Source of the DNA: Chrysochromulina tobinii
Lineage: Eukaryota
Assembly: GCA_001275005.1 (NCBI GenBank)
Contig: JWZX01003387.1
Location: 1 to 48,998 of the forward strand
Direction: 5' to 3'
Length of the DNA stretch: 48,998 bases
Below the pieces are notes generated by a model. The model did no database searches. It was not told the origin of the DNA and worked only from the letters and a program-made list of their open reading frames with translations. How positions within the stretch are numbered: the stretch's first letter is position 1; the number at the start of each line of letters is the position of its first letter. Both the position numbers and the translations under genes were made by a program. Below are positions 20,480 through 31,044 of the stretch, one piece after another.

Positions 20480-23400
20480 ATGCCCAATCGAAAACGTATC
20501 GCTGTGATCGCTGCGGAAGAAAACCCTGATGCTAGCGACATACGAGAGCTACCGACGCCAGCACCACTCCCTCCTCCAGTACCAAAAACAAGTTTGCAGC
20601 ACTGCCGTGTGCGTGGAGACGGGATCACGCATGCTATCTGTGGCGAGCCTGCCTTTTTCACGATCGAAGCTTTTGATGAGAATGGCAAGCGCCGCTCCGA
20701 AAACGATGACCACTTCTTTGTTGCCATCCGAGCCAGCGGTACACGAGTGCGAGCACGCCTCACCTCGGTTGGTAATGGAGAATACGAAGTACGCTATTTA
20801 CCAACAGTCTCGGGTGTGTACTCGCTTGCTATTTCGTTGCTTGGAGAAGCAATGGTCGGGAGCCCATTCCGCTGCAACGTAACCACTGTGACGCCCTATG
20901 CGCCCAACTGCAGCGTGTCTGGCGCGGCGCTCCACAAGGTAATTGCGCGACAGCAGCATCACTTCGAAGTGCGATTCCGGGACGTGCATAACCGTGTTTC
21001 CCACAGTGAGGAACTTGACGTGTATGTCGAGAAGGTACCCGACGACGCTTGGGTCGACGAGGTAGCTGCTAACATAGCGTCCAAGACAAGTAACGGCAAG
21101 GACAAGGACAAGGAAGCCCGACGTCCACCTTCAGCTTCGCCGGACAAAGCCGCAGCTTCGCCGGACAAAAAGATGCCGGACAAAGGTCGGCAGACGCCGT
21201 CACCTCGCTCTTCGTTTGCAGGACCTTCGTCTACGCCTGCGCTCTCAGTGCCGCCTCTGATCGCTCAGGGGGTCGGATGCGTGGTGACGTCGTCACAGCC
21301 TCTGATCGTGAGGGAAAGTGCGGCGCTCGATAGCGCACGGATAGGTCAGCTCAAGCCGGGCCGCAGGGTTGTCGTCGTGGACTTACAAGACGATGGCGCG
21401 CGCGCGCTCGTGGCCTTGGAATCAGACGAGCCGACCCACCGAGCCGAGATGAGTGGGCAGACGTCGCAACAGGAGCTTTGGCGTGAAATCTTCTTAGAGC
21501 GCCCCTCTTGGTGGGATGAAGAGCATCATGTCACGAGGTCTCCGCCGAAGTCTCCGCCGAAGTCTCCGCCGCTTCTTGAGCAGAAGTTTCCGCGGCAAGG
21601 CATTCTTGGGTGGATCACAATCAAAAAGGATGGTAAGAGCCTTGTCATGAAGGGGTCACAACTGGAAGCCGGAGACCGGCAGTTATACCTGCGCGCGTGG
21701 GCGCGCCGAGTAGCTGTTGATAAGAGCTTGGAGAAGCCAAAAGGCACCGCTGCTCAGGACCGTACGCTCAGGAGGACAAAGGACTTTCTCCCGCAGGCGA
21801 ATCGGAACGCATCCAGCGTGTTTCAGAATGAGCTGTCCTCAGATCCGAGTGGTATTGGCTTTGCTTTTGGTGGCATAGAGCCTGGCCGCCTCCACGCGCA
21901 TGGTCGGCCTGTCGACACGCACAAAGCCTACTTTTCGATTGCGATGTGTGGAAAGTACTACCTCCACGTGGGCCTGCGTCGCCAGGGTGTTTCGCTGCCC
22001 GACTCCCCTTTCAGACTCGAGGTCATCCCTGGCCCAGCGCATCCACTGGCGACAACGGTGCCCAAAGAGGCACTCCCCTTGCGAGGCGTAGTCGGGTTTG
22101 ACACTGGAAAGGGCCAAGGCTGCTGCTTCGTCCTACAGACACGTGACAAGATGGGCAACGCGTGCCGCTTAGGTGGCGCCATACTTGAAGGCTCGTCATC
22201 ACATAACAGCGTTCACGTCACATGCAAGGATCTAGGGGATGGCACGTTTTCCATCTCGTTCTTATCGACGCTTGGGGGAAGCTTTGACGTCAGCGTCACC
22301 ATTGACGGCGGCCCCATTTGTGGCATGCCTGCGACACTTAAGATGGTCGCGGACATGCCCGACATCTCCAGAACAGATGTGCTCGGCACTGGACTCTCCA
22401 AGACGCAGGCTGGCCAACCGACGTGGATTGGGTTTGTGCTCAAGGACATACATTCAAATGTGTGTCAGGCGCCAAGCTCCTTCAGATTTGGTATGACAAG
22501 GATATCCGTTGCTGCAGTGGAGCTCAAAAACAAGTGGAAGACGGCGCAGTCGGACCCGTACAAAGGCGGATGGAATGGCGATCAGTTCGAGATGCACTAC
22601 ACACCAACACAAGCTGGCGAGCTCGAGTTGTTCCTGTGGCTCAGCGACACTAATCGACCGGATCACCGCGAGCTCTTCCCAAACTCGCCGTTCAAGATTG
22701 TGTGCGTTGCTGGCAAATCGCATGCTGACGGCTCTTTTATCGATGGCTTTTCCAAGCTCGACACCATGGTCGACAAAATGGGCAAGAAGATGAGCGCGCC
22801 GCCTGGCATTCGGGGTGGCGGGGCGGACAACCTGGTCTTTGCGGGTGAGACCATCCTGATCAAGCCGAGCATCACCGACAAGTTTGGTAATTTCACCGCT
22901 GCCGCGGAGGGGATGCTTGTAATCACGATGGTCGGGCCAATGGGAGAGCCCTTGAGCTTGAAGCCGTCGACGTACGTGAAGGCTGGGCTTACAACGTACG
23001 AGTCGAGGTACACGCCTACGATTAAGGGCGAGTACGCCGTGCAGGTTACCCTGGAGGGCGCTCAAATAAATGGCTCGCCAGTGCACTTCACCGTTGATGC
23101 TACGTCACCGGACGCAGCGAAGAGCCACTACGTTCTGCCTCCGCAGCCTTGGTACTCGCAGACACCCTACGAGATCATCCTTCACACGGCAGATAAGTAC
23201 GGCAACGCATGCTCTCGAGGAGGAGGATCTGTGGCGGGTCGGCTACAATCAGCGACACTACCTTCAGGACAGGACTCAAACTTGATGGTCACTGATCGCG
23301 ACGACGGTACGTACGTGCTGCACGTGAACATGAATGGTTCGTGCGATATAAAGACTATCATCACTGTCGCAAATGCGGATGGGCCCAGTGAGATGCCGCC

Positions 23401-23839
23401 GATCCCAATGGCGTTCTTGAGCCTGAAGACAGCCATGGCGAAGCTTGAGCGCCAGGCGCGTGAGAAGGCCGATGCTGCTCCATCGTCAGCGCCCAAGGCG
23501 ACATTGGCCGAGGCGTCCAAGGCGACATCATCGACATCATCTTCAGCAGCAGCAGCTGAGGCGACTATGCCGGCGGCGGGTAGTCCGGCTGCCGACTCGA
23601 GTTACAGCGCGAGTATGGCAGCGGCAGCGAAGGGCACCAAGAAAGAAAAGGAGAAGGTCAAGGGCTTAAAGGCAGCAGCCAACGAGATGCTTCAGGCGAT
23701 GGGTACACGCGATGAGCGTCGACAGAAGTTAGTCGCCAAGGAAGAAGCCTTCCAAATGGCTGCAGAGGGCTTCAAGGAAGCAGGGGCCGCTAGGGCCGCC
23801 ACCAAGGGTGACGCATCTTTCAAGTCCAAGGACAAATAG
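20480..23839 (+). CDS. Filamin/ABP280-repeat protein with an SH3b-like insert, no CH domain
   Basis: Several repeats of the type V-x-G-x-G..F-x-I..D..GN..DGTY-x-V..G-x-Y..I-x-GSPF; VRESAALDSARIGQLKPG..GWIT segment. Confidence 0.82.
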   Translation: MPNRKRIAVIAAEENPDASDIRELPTPAPLPPPVPKTSLQHCRVRGDGITHAICGEPAFFTIEAFDENGKRRSENDDHFFVAIRASGTRVRARLTSVGNGEYEVRYLPTVSGVYSLAISLLGEAMVGSPFRCNVTTVTPYAPNCSVSGAALHKVIARQQHHFEVRFRDVHNRVSHSEELDVYVEKVPDDAWVDEVAANIASKTSNGKDKDKEARRPPSASPDKAAASPDKKMPDKGRQTPSPRSSFAGPSSTPALSVPPLIAQGVGCVVTSSQPLIVRESAALDSARIGQLKPGRRVVVVDLQDDGARALVALESDEPTHRAEMSGQTSQQELWREIFLERPSWWDEEHHVTRSPPKSPPKSPPLLEQKFPRQGILGWITIKKDGKSLVMKGSQLEAGDRQLYLRAWARRVAVDKSLEKPKGTAAQDRTLRRTKDFLPQANRNASSVFQNELSSDPSGIGFAFGGIEPGRLHAHGRPVDTHKAYFSIAMCGKYYLHVGLRRQGVSLPDSPFRLEVIPGPAHPLATTVPKEALPLRGVVGFDTGKGQGCCFVLQTRDKMGNACRLGGAILEGSSSHNSVHVTCKDLGDGTFSISFLSTLGGSFDVSVTIDGGPICGMPATLKMVADMPDISRTDVLGTGLSKTQAGQPTWIGFVLKDIHSNVCQAPSSFRFGMTRISVAAVELKNKWKTAQSDPYKGGWNGDQFEMHYTPTQAGELELFLWLSDTNRPDHRELFPNSPFKIVCVAGKSHADGSFIDGFSKLDTMVDKMGKKMSAPPGIRGGGADNLVFAGETILIKPSITDKFGNFTAAAEGMLVITMVGPMGEPLSLKPSTYVKAGLTTYESRYTPTIKGEYAVQVTLEGAQINGSPVHFTVDATSPDAAKSHYVLPPQPWYSQTPYEIILHTADKYGNACSRGGGSVAGRLQSATLPSGQDSNLMVTDRDDGTYVLHVNMNGSCDIKTIITVANADGPSEMPPIPMAFLSLKTAMAKLERQAREKADAAPSSAPKATLAEASKATSSTSSSAAAAEATMPAAGSPAADSSYSASMAAAAKGTKKEKEKVKGLKAAANEMLQAMGTRDERRQKLVAKEEAFQMAAEGFKEAGAARAATKGDASFKSKDK

Positions 23840-23906
23840 CAGCGCCATCGAATCCAGACTGGACAGAGTCGTTTCAAGATTGATCGCCGCTCTCTCGAGC
23901 CCCATA

Positions 23907-23968
23907 TACCACTTGCCAGATACCCGATTGAATCAGTGGTGGGGATATGCTGAATTGCTGTGTGAATC
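23907..23968 (+). repeat. Degenerate dispersed copy of the 30319-30900 array unit
   Basis: Collinear blocks TACCACTTG, AATCAG-TGGTGGGGATA and TGTGTGAATC, separated by insertions. Confidence 0.6.
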
Positions 23969-24072
23969 GTTCGAGCGAATTCGCGTACACTGCAATTTGC
24001 ATCCCGCAGATCTTATGCGATGGTAGCTCCGCTCCGGTACCCGGGCGCGCCGTACAGACCTGGAACAGTTAA

Positions 24073-24447
24073 GGTAGTCCGCTCGCACTCATTAGTGTAA
24101 CTTTGGAAATCAGCCCTACATAAATCAATGACGCCCAAGGCCCACGGGGCGGGGGAGGACAATGGGGCCCCCGGGGCGGGGGAGGGTGGGGAAAGAATGG
24201 ACAACGGTGGAGCCAAACAGTGGGGGGCACTTCCCGCGCTTGCTTTTTTAGGCGAAATTAGGGTTTGGGGCTGGTTTGTGAACTCTAGAGTATGGGATTT
24301 CCACGTTCGATTCTGAAAGTTTTGAGCTAGAACTCAATGGGACGGAATTGGGAGTGCGTGGGACACCTCTGGCTTGAGTTTCGTCCAGATCCCTTCAGTG
24401 ATTTTGGAGATCAGGTTTCGCCCCTTGCACACCATAAGCGGACTACC
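24073..24447. mobile_element. Non-autonomous DNA transposon (MITE), 375 bp, 11-bp TIR, TTAA target-site duplication, Kolobok-like termini
   Basis: TTAA|GGTAGTCCGCT (24069-24083) ... AGCGGACTACC|TTAA (24437-24451); interior is non-coding and partly more AT-rich. Confidence 0.75.
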
Positions 24448-24766
24448 TTAATAGTAAGTAAATACGAATGACGCTTCCTCGACGTGGGATGCGACGCCGG
24501 AATCGCCCAGGCCCCGGCCGAGTCAACTAGCTCAGACGTCACCGTCAGAGTGACCGGTCCTAACTTTTAACAGCTTACGCTGCACTTACTCACTGTATAC
24601 CATGCCGCACGGTCCGGTGTGCCTAGCTGCCTAGCATGTGGATGTGCCACCCTTCCACCCGCGCACCCCTGCGCTGCGGCCCTGGGCGGGGTGGCCGGCG
24701 GGCGGACATTACTCGACTCCCTATCGGTATATCGCGGACTCCCCAACACGTGACCCCGCCGTCGGT

Positions 24767-26536
24767 CTAGTGTCCTCGTTGGGTCGTTGTCTCGTACGTG
24801 CCGCAGTGAACCACCCCCAGGTACCGTTCGCGCTGCTCCTGACTCTGGAGCGCTGCCAGCCGCTGCTCATCCGTCTGCAGCCCCGGATGCCACATGTCGA
24901 CGATCAGCACCAGCCTTGCGGCCTCTGTCTCGTTGTGCACCGCATGCTCAAATGAGTCGTCAAAGAGGAGGATCTTGCCTTCCTGCCAGCGGCGCGTCTC
25001 GCCGCCAACGACAATCTCGCAGTCACCCTCAGGGACGACGATCCCAAGATGCGCCCGTAGCCGAGCATTCGTTGGGCCGCAGTGCGCCGCAAGCCGCGTG
25101 TGCGGGCGCAGCAGCGAAAAGTACGCTGATCCGACCGAGCATGATGTGCAATCGCGTCGGAAGCCAGCACCGAGGAGAGCGCTGTTCTCGAGAAGGCCAA
25201 AGCCGCCCAGGAGAGCGCTCGTGTGCGGTGCTCGCTCGGCGTTGGCGAGGTTGCGCATGCCGTTGTAGTACAGGCCCACGTCGCACCAGTCGCCATAGGC
25301 AAGGGCCTTGGAAGAGTACGAGCGAAACTGGGATTGCTCGAGCTGCTCGGCGTCCTGGCGCAGCAGCGTGAGCGCCTCTGCCTGGATGGTGGCAAACTCT
25401 CGCTCCAAGGTGCGGCACGCTGCAAAGCGCTCCGGGTTGTGCCATGCGACCGCGCTCAAGTTGCCTATGAGGATCTCCGGTCGTTGCTCGGGCATCGCCC
25501 ACACGCCTGCCGCCACTGCATGGTGCCACACCTCGGCCGCTGCCGCACGGCCAGCGGCGTGGGAGGTGCGCGCGCCATCCCAATGAACGGGATCGGGATC
25601 CCGTTCAGCCGCACGGCCCCACAGAAGGAAGATTCGGGCCGAGGGCTCGAGACTCGCAGAGCGAGCGAAATGCACTTGCGAGTCAGCCCGCGCGGGCCCC
25701 TCTCCTCGCTCGGGGTTGGCGGCAAGCTCAATGGCTAGCCCGACGTTGAGCTCAATGCTCGCCTCAGCCCGATTGACACCGTCATCACCATACGCTGCCA
25801 GAGGTACGTTGGGCCGCCGCTGCTGTAAGAAGTCGTGGAGCCGCAGATCGTTGCGGTCAAGCAGGCAGTCGGCTGGTGGCGCGTCTTGCGCTTCAGATGC
25901 ACGAAACGCCGCACACTCTGACATGCACTCGCGCAAGCACGCGAGCGTCTGTCTGGCCACCACCCATGAGTCGAGCACCGGCTCAAGCAAAGGCGCAGCA
26001 GGTGCACCGTGCTCTGAACCGTGTGCGTTCTCCGTCTTCTTCTTCTTCTTCTTCTCCACCTCCTCGGCCTCACGCATGCGCGCTGCCTCTTGAAGCCACT
26101 CAGAGAACACGGCGGAACGAGCCTGTAGCGAAGTTGGGTCAGCTGCGGCTAACGCCTTCCATGCAGAGGAGCGCACCTCCGCGTCTGGATCCGCGGTGTC
26201 TTGCATGAACGCCGGCAAGGAGCCAAAGAGCGATTGAAGTCTCGTCGAAGCTTGTTCTGCGTCTGTTCTCCACTCGGGTACGTCGAGAGCGTGCATCAAT
26301 GGGACGGAAACCAACATGTCGGTGAATAGTTGCAACTCGATGAGCGCCTTTGCACGCAAGCTCCAAGCCGTTTGGGAATCCGGACACAGCAAGATCGCGG
26401 CCGTGGCTGCCGCCAATGCCTCCTCGGCGTCGCCCGCTGAGAGAGCGGCCAAGGCCGCGCGGCAGACGAGAACAACCTGCAGTGCGGTGATGGTTTTGTG
26501 GGTGGCAAGTGCAGCGAGTAGGAAGGAGTCCGACAT
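24767..26536 (-). CDS. Aspartyl/asparaginyl beta-hydroxylase-family 2OG-Fe(II) dioxygenase with TPR-like N-terminus
   Basis: FSLLRPHTRLAAHCGPTNARLRAHLG; WQEGKILLFDDSFEHAVHN; RLVLIVDMWHP. Confidence 0.9.
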   Translation of the reverse strand: MSDSFLLAALATHKTITALQVVLVCRAALAALSAGDAEEALAAATAAILLCPDSQTAWSLRAKALIELQLFTDMLVSVPLMHALDVPEWRTDAEQASTRLQSLFGSLPAFMQDTADPDAEVRSSAWKALAAADPTSLQARSAVFSEWLQEAARMREAEEVEKKKKKKTENAHGSEHGAPAAPLLEPVLDSWVVARQTLACLRECMSECAAFRASEAQDAPPADCLLDRNDLRLHDFLQQRRPNVPLAAYGDDGVNRAEASIELNVGLAIELAANPERGEGPARADSQVHFARSASLEPSARIFLLWGRAAERDPDPVHWDGARTSHAAGRAAAAEVWHHAVAAGVWAMPEQRPEILIGNLSAVAWHNPERFAACRTLEREFATIQAEALTLLRQDAEQLEQSQFRSYSSKALAYGDWCDVGLYYNGMRNLANAERAPHTSALLGGFGLLENSALLGAGFRRDCTSCSVGSAYFSLLRPHTRLAAHCGPTNARLRAHLGIVVPEGDCEIVVGGETRRWQEGKILLFDDSFEHAVHNETEAARLVLIVDMWHPGLQTDEQRLAALQSQEQRERYLGVVHCGTYETTTQRGH

Positions 26537-27052
26537 CACAATTGTCCTCGCCCCCTGCTCCTAACGTTCGGAGGTTTCATTTCGGACCCTTCCGGGAGAA
26601 TTTCATATAAACACCGATCTTATTTCCGAAACCAGCGGACATGAACAGGTGTGCCCTCAAGACGTGAGGCTTGGGATGGCAGCACGTCTGAGACAATTTG
26701 CCGAGTGCCCAGGCTGGCGCGCACCGTGGATGTCTACCGCCAACAGATAGCCTACAGAGACTCCATAGTCCATACAACTGTTCCGACCACGCCAGCGGCG
26801 ACCGGTCCGTGTCCGGCCATGGTGTCCGGCGGGCCGTCATTACGAGTCATGGTCCGGTGCGCGGCGTGCGGCGACCGAATAGCGAATTTGTCATTTGACT
26901 GTGTAAAGACGTCTAAACTACTTGTATTTCACACAAATGATCTATACCTGCGCATAAAAAGTGCCTCCGGAATTCCGGGTATACATCGAGCCGAGCGAGC
27001 AGGCTCGCCTCTTGCCCTTGCGGACTGCGGACAACGCCGGACTCTCGTCGCC

Positions 27053-28090
27053 CTACGCGCGCCTCCTCCGAGCAAACGAGATCCCATCTCCCACGGCGCT
27101 GCACGGCAGCGGCAGCAGGTGCCGTACGAGCGCCGCGCCCCCGCAACCCAAAACGCTGCCGCAATTGGCGTAGATCGACCCAAGATCGTGTTCGATCGGC
27201 TGGCCATCAAGCCCAGAGCCTGAGCTGCGCTGCCACTCGATGAACGTCAGGCCGTTGCTCACGCACAGCGCTTGCATGCCGAGGAGACCGGTGCAGAAGC
27301 AGCAAGCGCCACCGGAAACGACGCAGAGCACACCGAGCTGCCGGCGGAGTGCCAACGCCAGCGCTTCATCCTTGAGCAGCAGCACCAGGCAGCACCAACT
27401 CTCGAGGCAGGTGCTGGCCGAGGCGAACGCGAGCATCCGCAAGAAATAGGGATGGTTCTGGTGGCCGACGCACGTGTTGACGAACGCACAGTGGTGATCC
27501 ATTCGGAGCACCACTCGCTGGCAGCGCCGGCAATAATGCGAACGCGGCGGCATGGCGAGCCCCGTCTCCGCACAGCGCCGCCAGCCACGCAGTAGCTGCG
27601 TGTCGTCGTCACAGGCCAGTAATGCGTCGTCGTCGCCGTCGCGCAGCGTGCGGCGCCTGGCAGGCGCAATCATCAAGTTGCGCGCGACAGCGCCAGTCGC
27701 ATAGCCAGGCGGGGTCACAACCGTCATCACATAATTGAATGGCGTCAGCACAGAAAAATACACGGCCAGGCCCTGCAACAACGCGGCGAGCCACGAGGTT
27801 GAGCCCACATACTCGACGAGCGCCGGCAAGAGGAAGCGCCAATTTTGCACGATGCAAAACGTGATCGTCGCCATGGTACATAGTGACGTCGCGCGACCAT
27901 AGCGACCAAGGGCACGGCAAGGCCCTCGGAGACAACACTCGTCAAAGACACCGCGGTTGACGTTGTCCACCGGTGCTGTTGCGCCGCAGTGTTCGCAGTG
28001 CGGCGCGTCATAGATGCCGCGTTGATCCGCGTCGCACGAGACGTATACGATTCGCGCGTGGACGCCGCAGGCCCAGCACGCGGCGGCCAT
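27053..28090 (-). CDS. DHHC protein S-acyltransferase with Cys-rich N-terminus
   Basis: PPRSHYCRRCQRVVLRMDHHCAFVNTCVGHQNHPYF; transmembrane segments; N-terminal CWAC..CEHC. Confidence 0.92.
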   Translation of the reverse strand: MAAACWACGVHARIVYVSCDADQRGIYDAPHCEHCGATAPVDNVNRGVFDECCLRGPCRALGRYGRATSLCTMATITFCIVQNWRFLLPALVEYVGSTSWLAALLQGLAVYFSVLTPFNYVMTVVTPPGYATGAVARNLMIAPARRRTLRDGDDDALLACDDDTQLLRGWRRCAETGLAMPPRSHYCRRCQRVVLRMDHHCAFVNTCVGHQNHPYFLRMLAFASASTCLESWCCLVLLLKDEALALALRRQLGVLCVVSGGACCFCTGLLGMQALCVSNGLTFIEWQRSSGSGLDGQPIEHDLGSIYANCGSVLGCGGAALVRHLLPLPCSAVGDGISFARRRRA

Positions 28091-28337
28091 TGCGATTTCC
28101 GACCCGTCCCGTCACGGCGCGCTTCGAAACCTCTCCCGTTCTCGACTTCCCGAACTGAAAGGAAAGCGACCCTGAATCAGACCCAGCAGCGCCTGCTTAC
28201 AGAGAGGCGTCGGGCGCGCTTCACAGTCCGATTCAGACTCCGCCTTCTTCACACACGCGCAATCAAAATGCCCGCATCGCGATCGCGTCTCGCGTCCCGC
28301 TGGCGGCACAGGCTGGCGGTCCAGCACTCAACGGTTC

Positions 28338-29648
28338 ATGAAGAAGCCGCCGGTTCCACTACCATCCAGCCCTTTTCATTACGACTTGCTACCGACTGCA
28401 TCCCATTCCATCCACATGGTTGAGACGTTTTCGCTGCGGAATGTGTGTGTCATCTTCCGCAACGAAAGTTCCGCTTCATATCGGCCACAGTTCCTTTCCA
28501 GGCCTTCCAATCCCCTGCAAGCTGTGATACATGGGTTCTCGGAATATGCGCACAGGTACTCACGGATTACTACCGTGCGTCCTGCGAACAAGGATGAGGT
28601 TGACCACTTATCCACGTGCAACCGCCACGAGCTCGGCGTGGCCCTCTACTTCCAGTCAAACAACATGTTCCACGCCATGTTCCACGCACCACCAGCGTGG
28701 CAGCACTTGCTAGAGCATGTGCGTCAAGTGGCCGACCACGTGTTCATTCCGCTCGTGGGCTATGTTGCAGGACGTGCTTGGGTCAAGCCTCCAGAGTGGA
28801 AGGCTCATGCTTGGGAATTTTCGTTGCGCGCGCTGACTGCCAAAGCTACGGAGGAGATCGCTCGCGACTTAGGCAAGCTCCTTTCTGCGACATGCACGTG
28901 CTTTGGCCGTGTTGAGGGTTCGACTGGATACTTCTCACTAGCGTCTCGGCAGAGATCTGCAACACTTCCTGTGTTGCACGGGTGGCGGTCAAGCGCCCTC
29001 GAGCACGCACGCGCTGCAGTGAGATTGGCCGCCGTGACGCTGCGACAGAACAGCGTTACGCATGCATCACTTAGAGCGCTCTTCATCAAGCGGATATCGG
29101 GCTCTCGAGTCATTGTAAATCAAGTTGAAGTCGATGACGCTCTTCGACTACTGCCGATGGTGCAGATCGTGATCATGGAGACGCTCACTCTCTGCGAGCA
29201 GATATTGCTCGCATCCTCAGCCCAGACCCTCATCGGGGTCCATGGACAAGCACTGTCTCACATGGTCTTCCTTCCGCCTTCACCCACCCACACCGCATTC
29301 GTCGAGATCCTGCCCAAGATCTCGACCACTGTTATCAGAAACAAACAGCATTATATGTTATTAGCGGAGCTGGAACAATGGCAGGCGATCTACCTGGATT
29401 GGACCTTCACCACTGGCACCAAGCATCTGATCGTCCACGCGCAGGTGAACAGATCGGATACCAACTGTAAACCATTTGTAAGGCGCAAAGCTGGCGGAGG
29501 TCTACTTCGTTGCAACGTAACCGTTCCGATTGGCAAATTCGTGCGACAAGTCCGATCCGCAGTACATCACGTCTGCGAGGATGGTGAACTCAGTGGGTGT
29601 GTCCAAGCCCTGCGTCAAGAGGGCGCCCGTTCATATCCGTCAGTTTAG
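28338..29648 (+). CDS. Glycosyltransferase family 61-like protein
   Basis: NMFHAMF; IKR..SRVIVN; EQILLASSAQTLIGVHGQALSHMVFL..VEILP. Confidence 0.75.
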   Translation: MKKPPVPLPSSPFHYDLLPTASHSIHMVETFSLRNVCVIFRNESSASYRPQFLSRPSNPLQAVIHGFSEYAHRYSRITTVRPANKDEVDHLSTCNRHELGVALYFQSNNMFHAMFHAPPAWQHLLEHVRQVADHVFIPLVGYVAGRAWVKPPEWKAHAWEFSLRALTAKATEEIARDLGKLLSATCTCFGRVEGSTGYFSLASRQRSATLPVLHGWRSSALEHARAAVRLAAVTLRQNSVTHASLRALFIKRISGSRVIVNQVEVDDALRLLPMVQIVIMETLTLCEQILLASSAQTLIGVHGQALSHMVFLPPSPTHTAFVEILPKISTTVIRNKQHYMLLAELEQWQAIYLDWTFTTGTKHLIVHAQVNRSDTNCKPFVRRKAGGGLLRCNVTVPIGKFVRQVRSAVHHVCEDGELSGCVQALRQEGARSYPSV

Positions 29649-30318
29649 GAAGTATTGCGTGGATGATCGGTTTTTACGGCGCGCCGCCCAAAGAGAAATA
29701 ACCGCGCGTGCGCCGCCGCTTGTCTTGCCGTGCATGGCCGTAGAGTCCGGGACACCTGGAGCCGGGTCGGGTGAGATGCTTCATGCTCGAGCTTCCGTTC
29801 ATGCTAGGCCCGGCGCGCGTCGGTGGGCGATCTCGAGAGATTGTCGAGGGCCCCGGGAAAGAATACCTAAGAAGGAGCTCTGGTGCTTCCATAGAGCCTC
29901 GCGAGAACTAAATCGAGGCGATCGTGTCTTCGTGTGGAGGTTCGTGTGGCTTCTCGTACGTGAGCTCTTTAAGGGATTGAATGTTTAGAAAGCCGCGGGA
30001 GCTCGCCATGGCGCGAGCCCCCTGTGTGGCGTGCGAATCGTCCTGCAGTGTGAGTGTCGGAGTGTGACACTCCGGAGTGTGCGAATGGCGTCATGCCGCG
30101 ACCCGACCCGACCGTCACGCGCAGCGTCAATTAAGCGTCAATCTACTCGTAGTAAGAGCACGAGACGTGGAGCGCGAGCGATCGACGAAGTCACGAAGAG
30201 TTGTTTAAGTTGAGTAGTTGAAGACTTAGCGTCGCGAAGCGCTAGGCGAGCCCGCGCCGGACCGGAGAAGCGTTCTCGGCACACGCCACTCGACCCACGC
30301 CCACCCCACACACGACAC

Positions 30319-30900
30319 TGAGTTCAAAATCAGGTGGTGGGGAGAGTGTGTGAATCCAGAAAGAATACCCTCCCCTACCCCTTTGGGTCAACCACTGAGT
30401 TCAAAATCAGGTGGTGGGGAGAAGTGTGTGAATCCAGAAAGAATACCCTCCCCTACCCCTTTGGGTCAAGTACCACTGAGTTCAAAATCAGGTGGTGGGG
30501 AGAGTGAGTGTGAATCCAGAAAGAATACCCTCCCCTACCCCTTTGGGTCAACCAGTGTGAGTTCAAAATCAGGTGGTGGGGAGAGTGTGTGAATCCAGAA
30601 AGAATACCCTCCCCTACCCCTTTGGGTCAACCAGTGTGAGTTCAAAATCAGGTGGTGGGGATAGTGTGTGAATCCAGAAAGAATCGACCCTCCCCTACCC
30701 CTTTGGGTCAATGTACCACTTGAGTTCAAAATCAGGTGGTGGGGATAGTGTGTGAATCCAGAAAGAATCGACCCTCCCCTACCCCTTTGGGTCAATGTAC
30801 CACTTGAATTCAAAATCAGGTGGTGGGGATAGTGTCAAGTGTGTGAATCCAGAAAGAATACCCTCCCCTAGCCCTACCCCTGCTTTCGCCTTTGGGTCAA
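30319..30900. repeat. Tandem array of 7 hairpin-forming units (period 77-84 bp; last unit expanded)
   Basis: Units start at 30319, 30396, 30477, 30558, 30637, 30721, 30805; core TGAGTTCAAAATCAGGTGGTGGGGAGAGTGTGTGAATCCAGAAAGAATACCCTCCCCTACCCCTTTGGGTCA. Confidence 0.97.
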
Positions 30901-31044
30901 GTCGACCGAGTCACCATCATCCATTATCACCAGTCAATCACCAGTGTCCGGAAAATCGACTTCATACGTACCGCGCAATGGCCGCGCACAGAGCAATCGA
31001 GTGTCGGCTGGTTCGCGGTTACCGTCTTACCGATACTACCCGAG

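Noticed and set aside
24258..24270. TTAGGGTTTGGGG as telomeric repeat
   Set aside because: Only one canonical unit, and it lies inside the MITE.
29650..30300. Short ORFs or pseudogene upstream of the array
   Set aside because: No consistent frame or family motif.
30319..30900. CRISPR- or TIGR-like guide array
   Set aside because: No unique spacers (only related 5-10 nt linkers), no cas or Nop-domain gene nearby, and a eukaryotic context.
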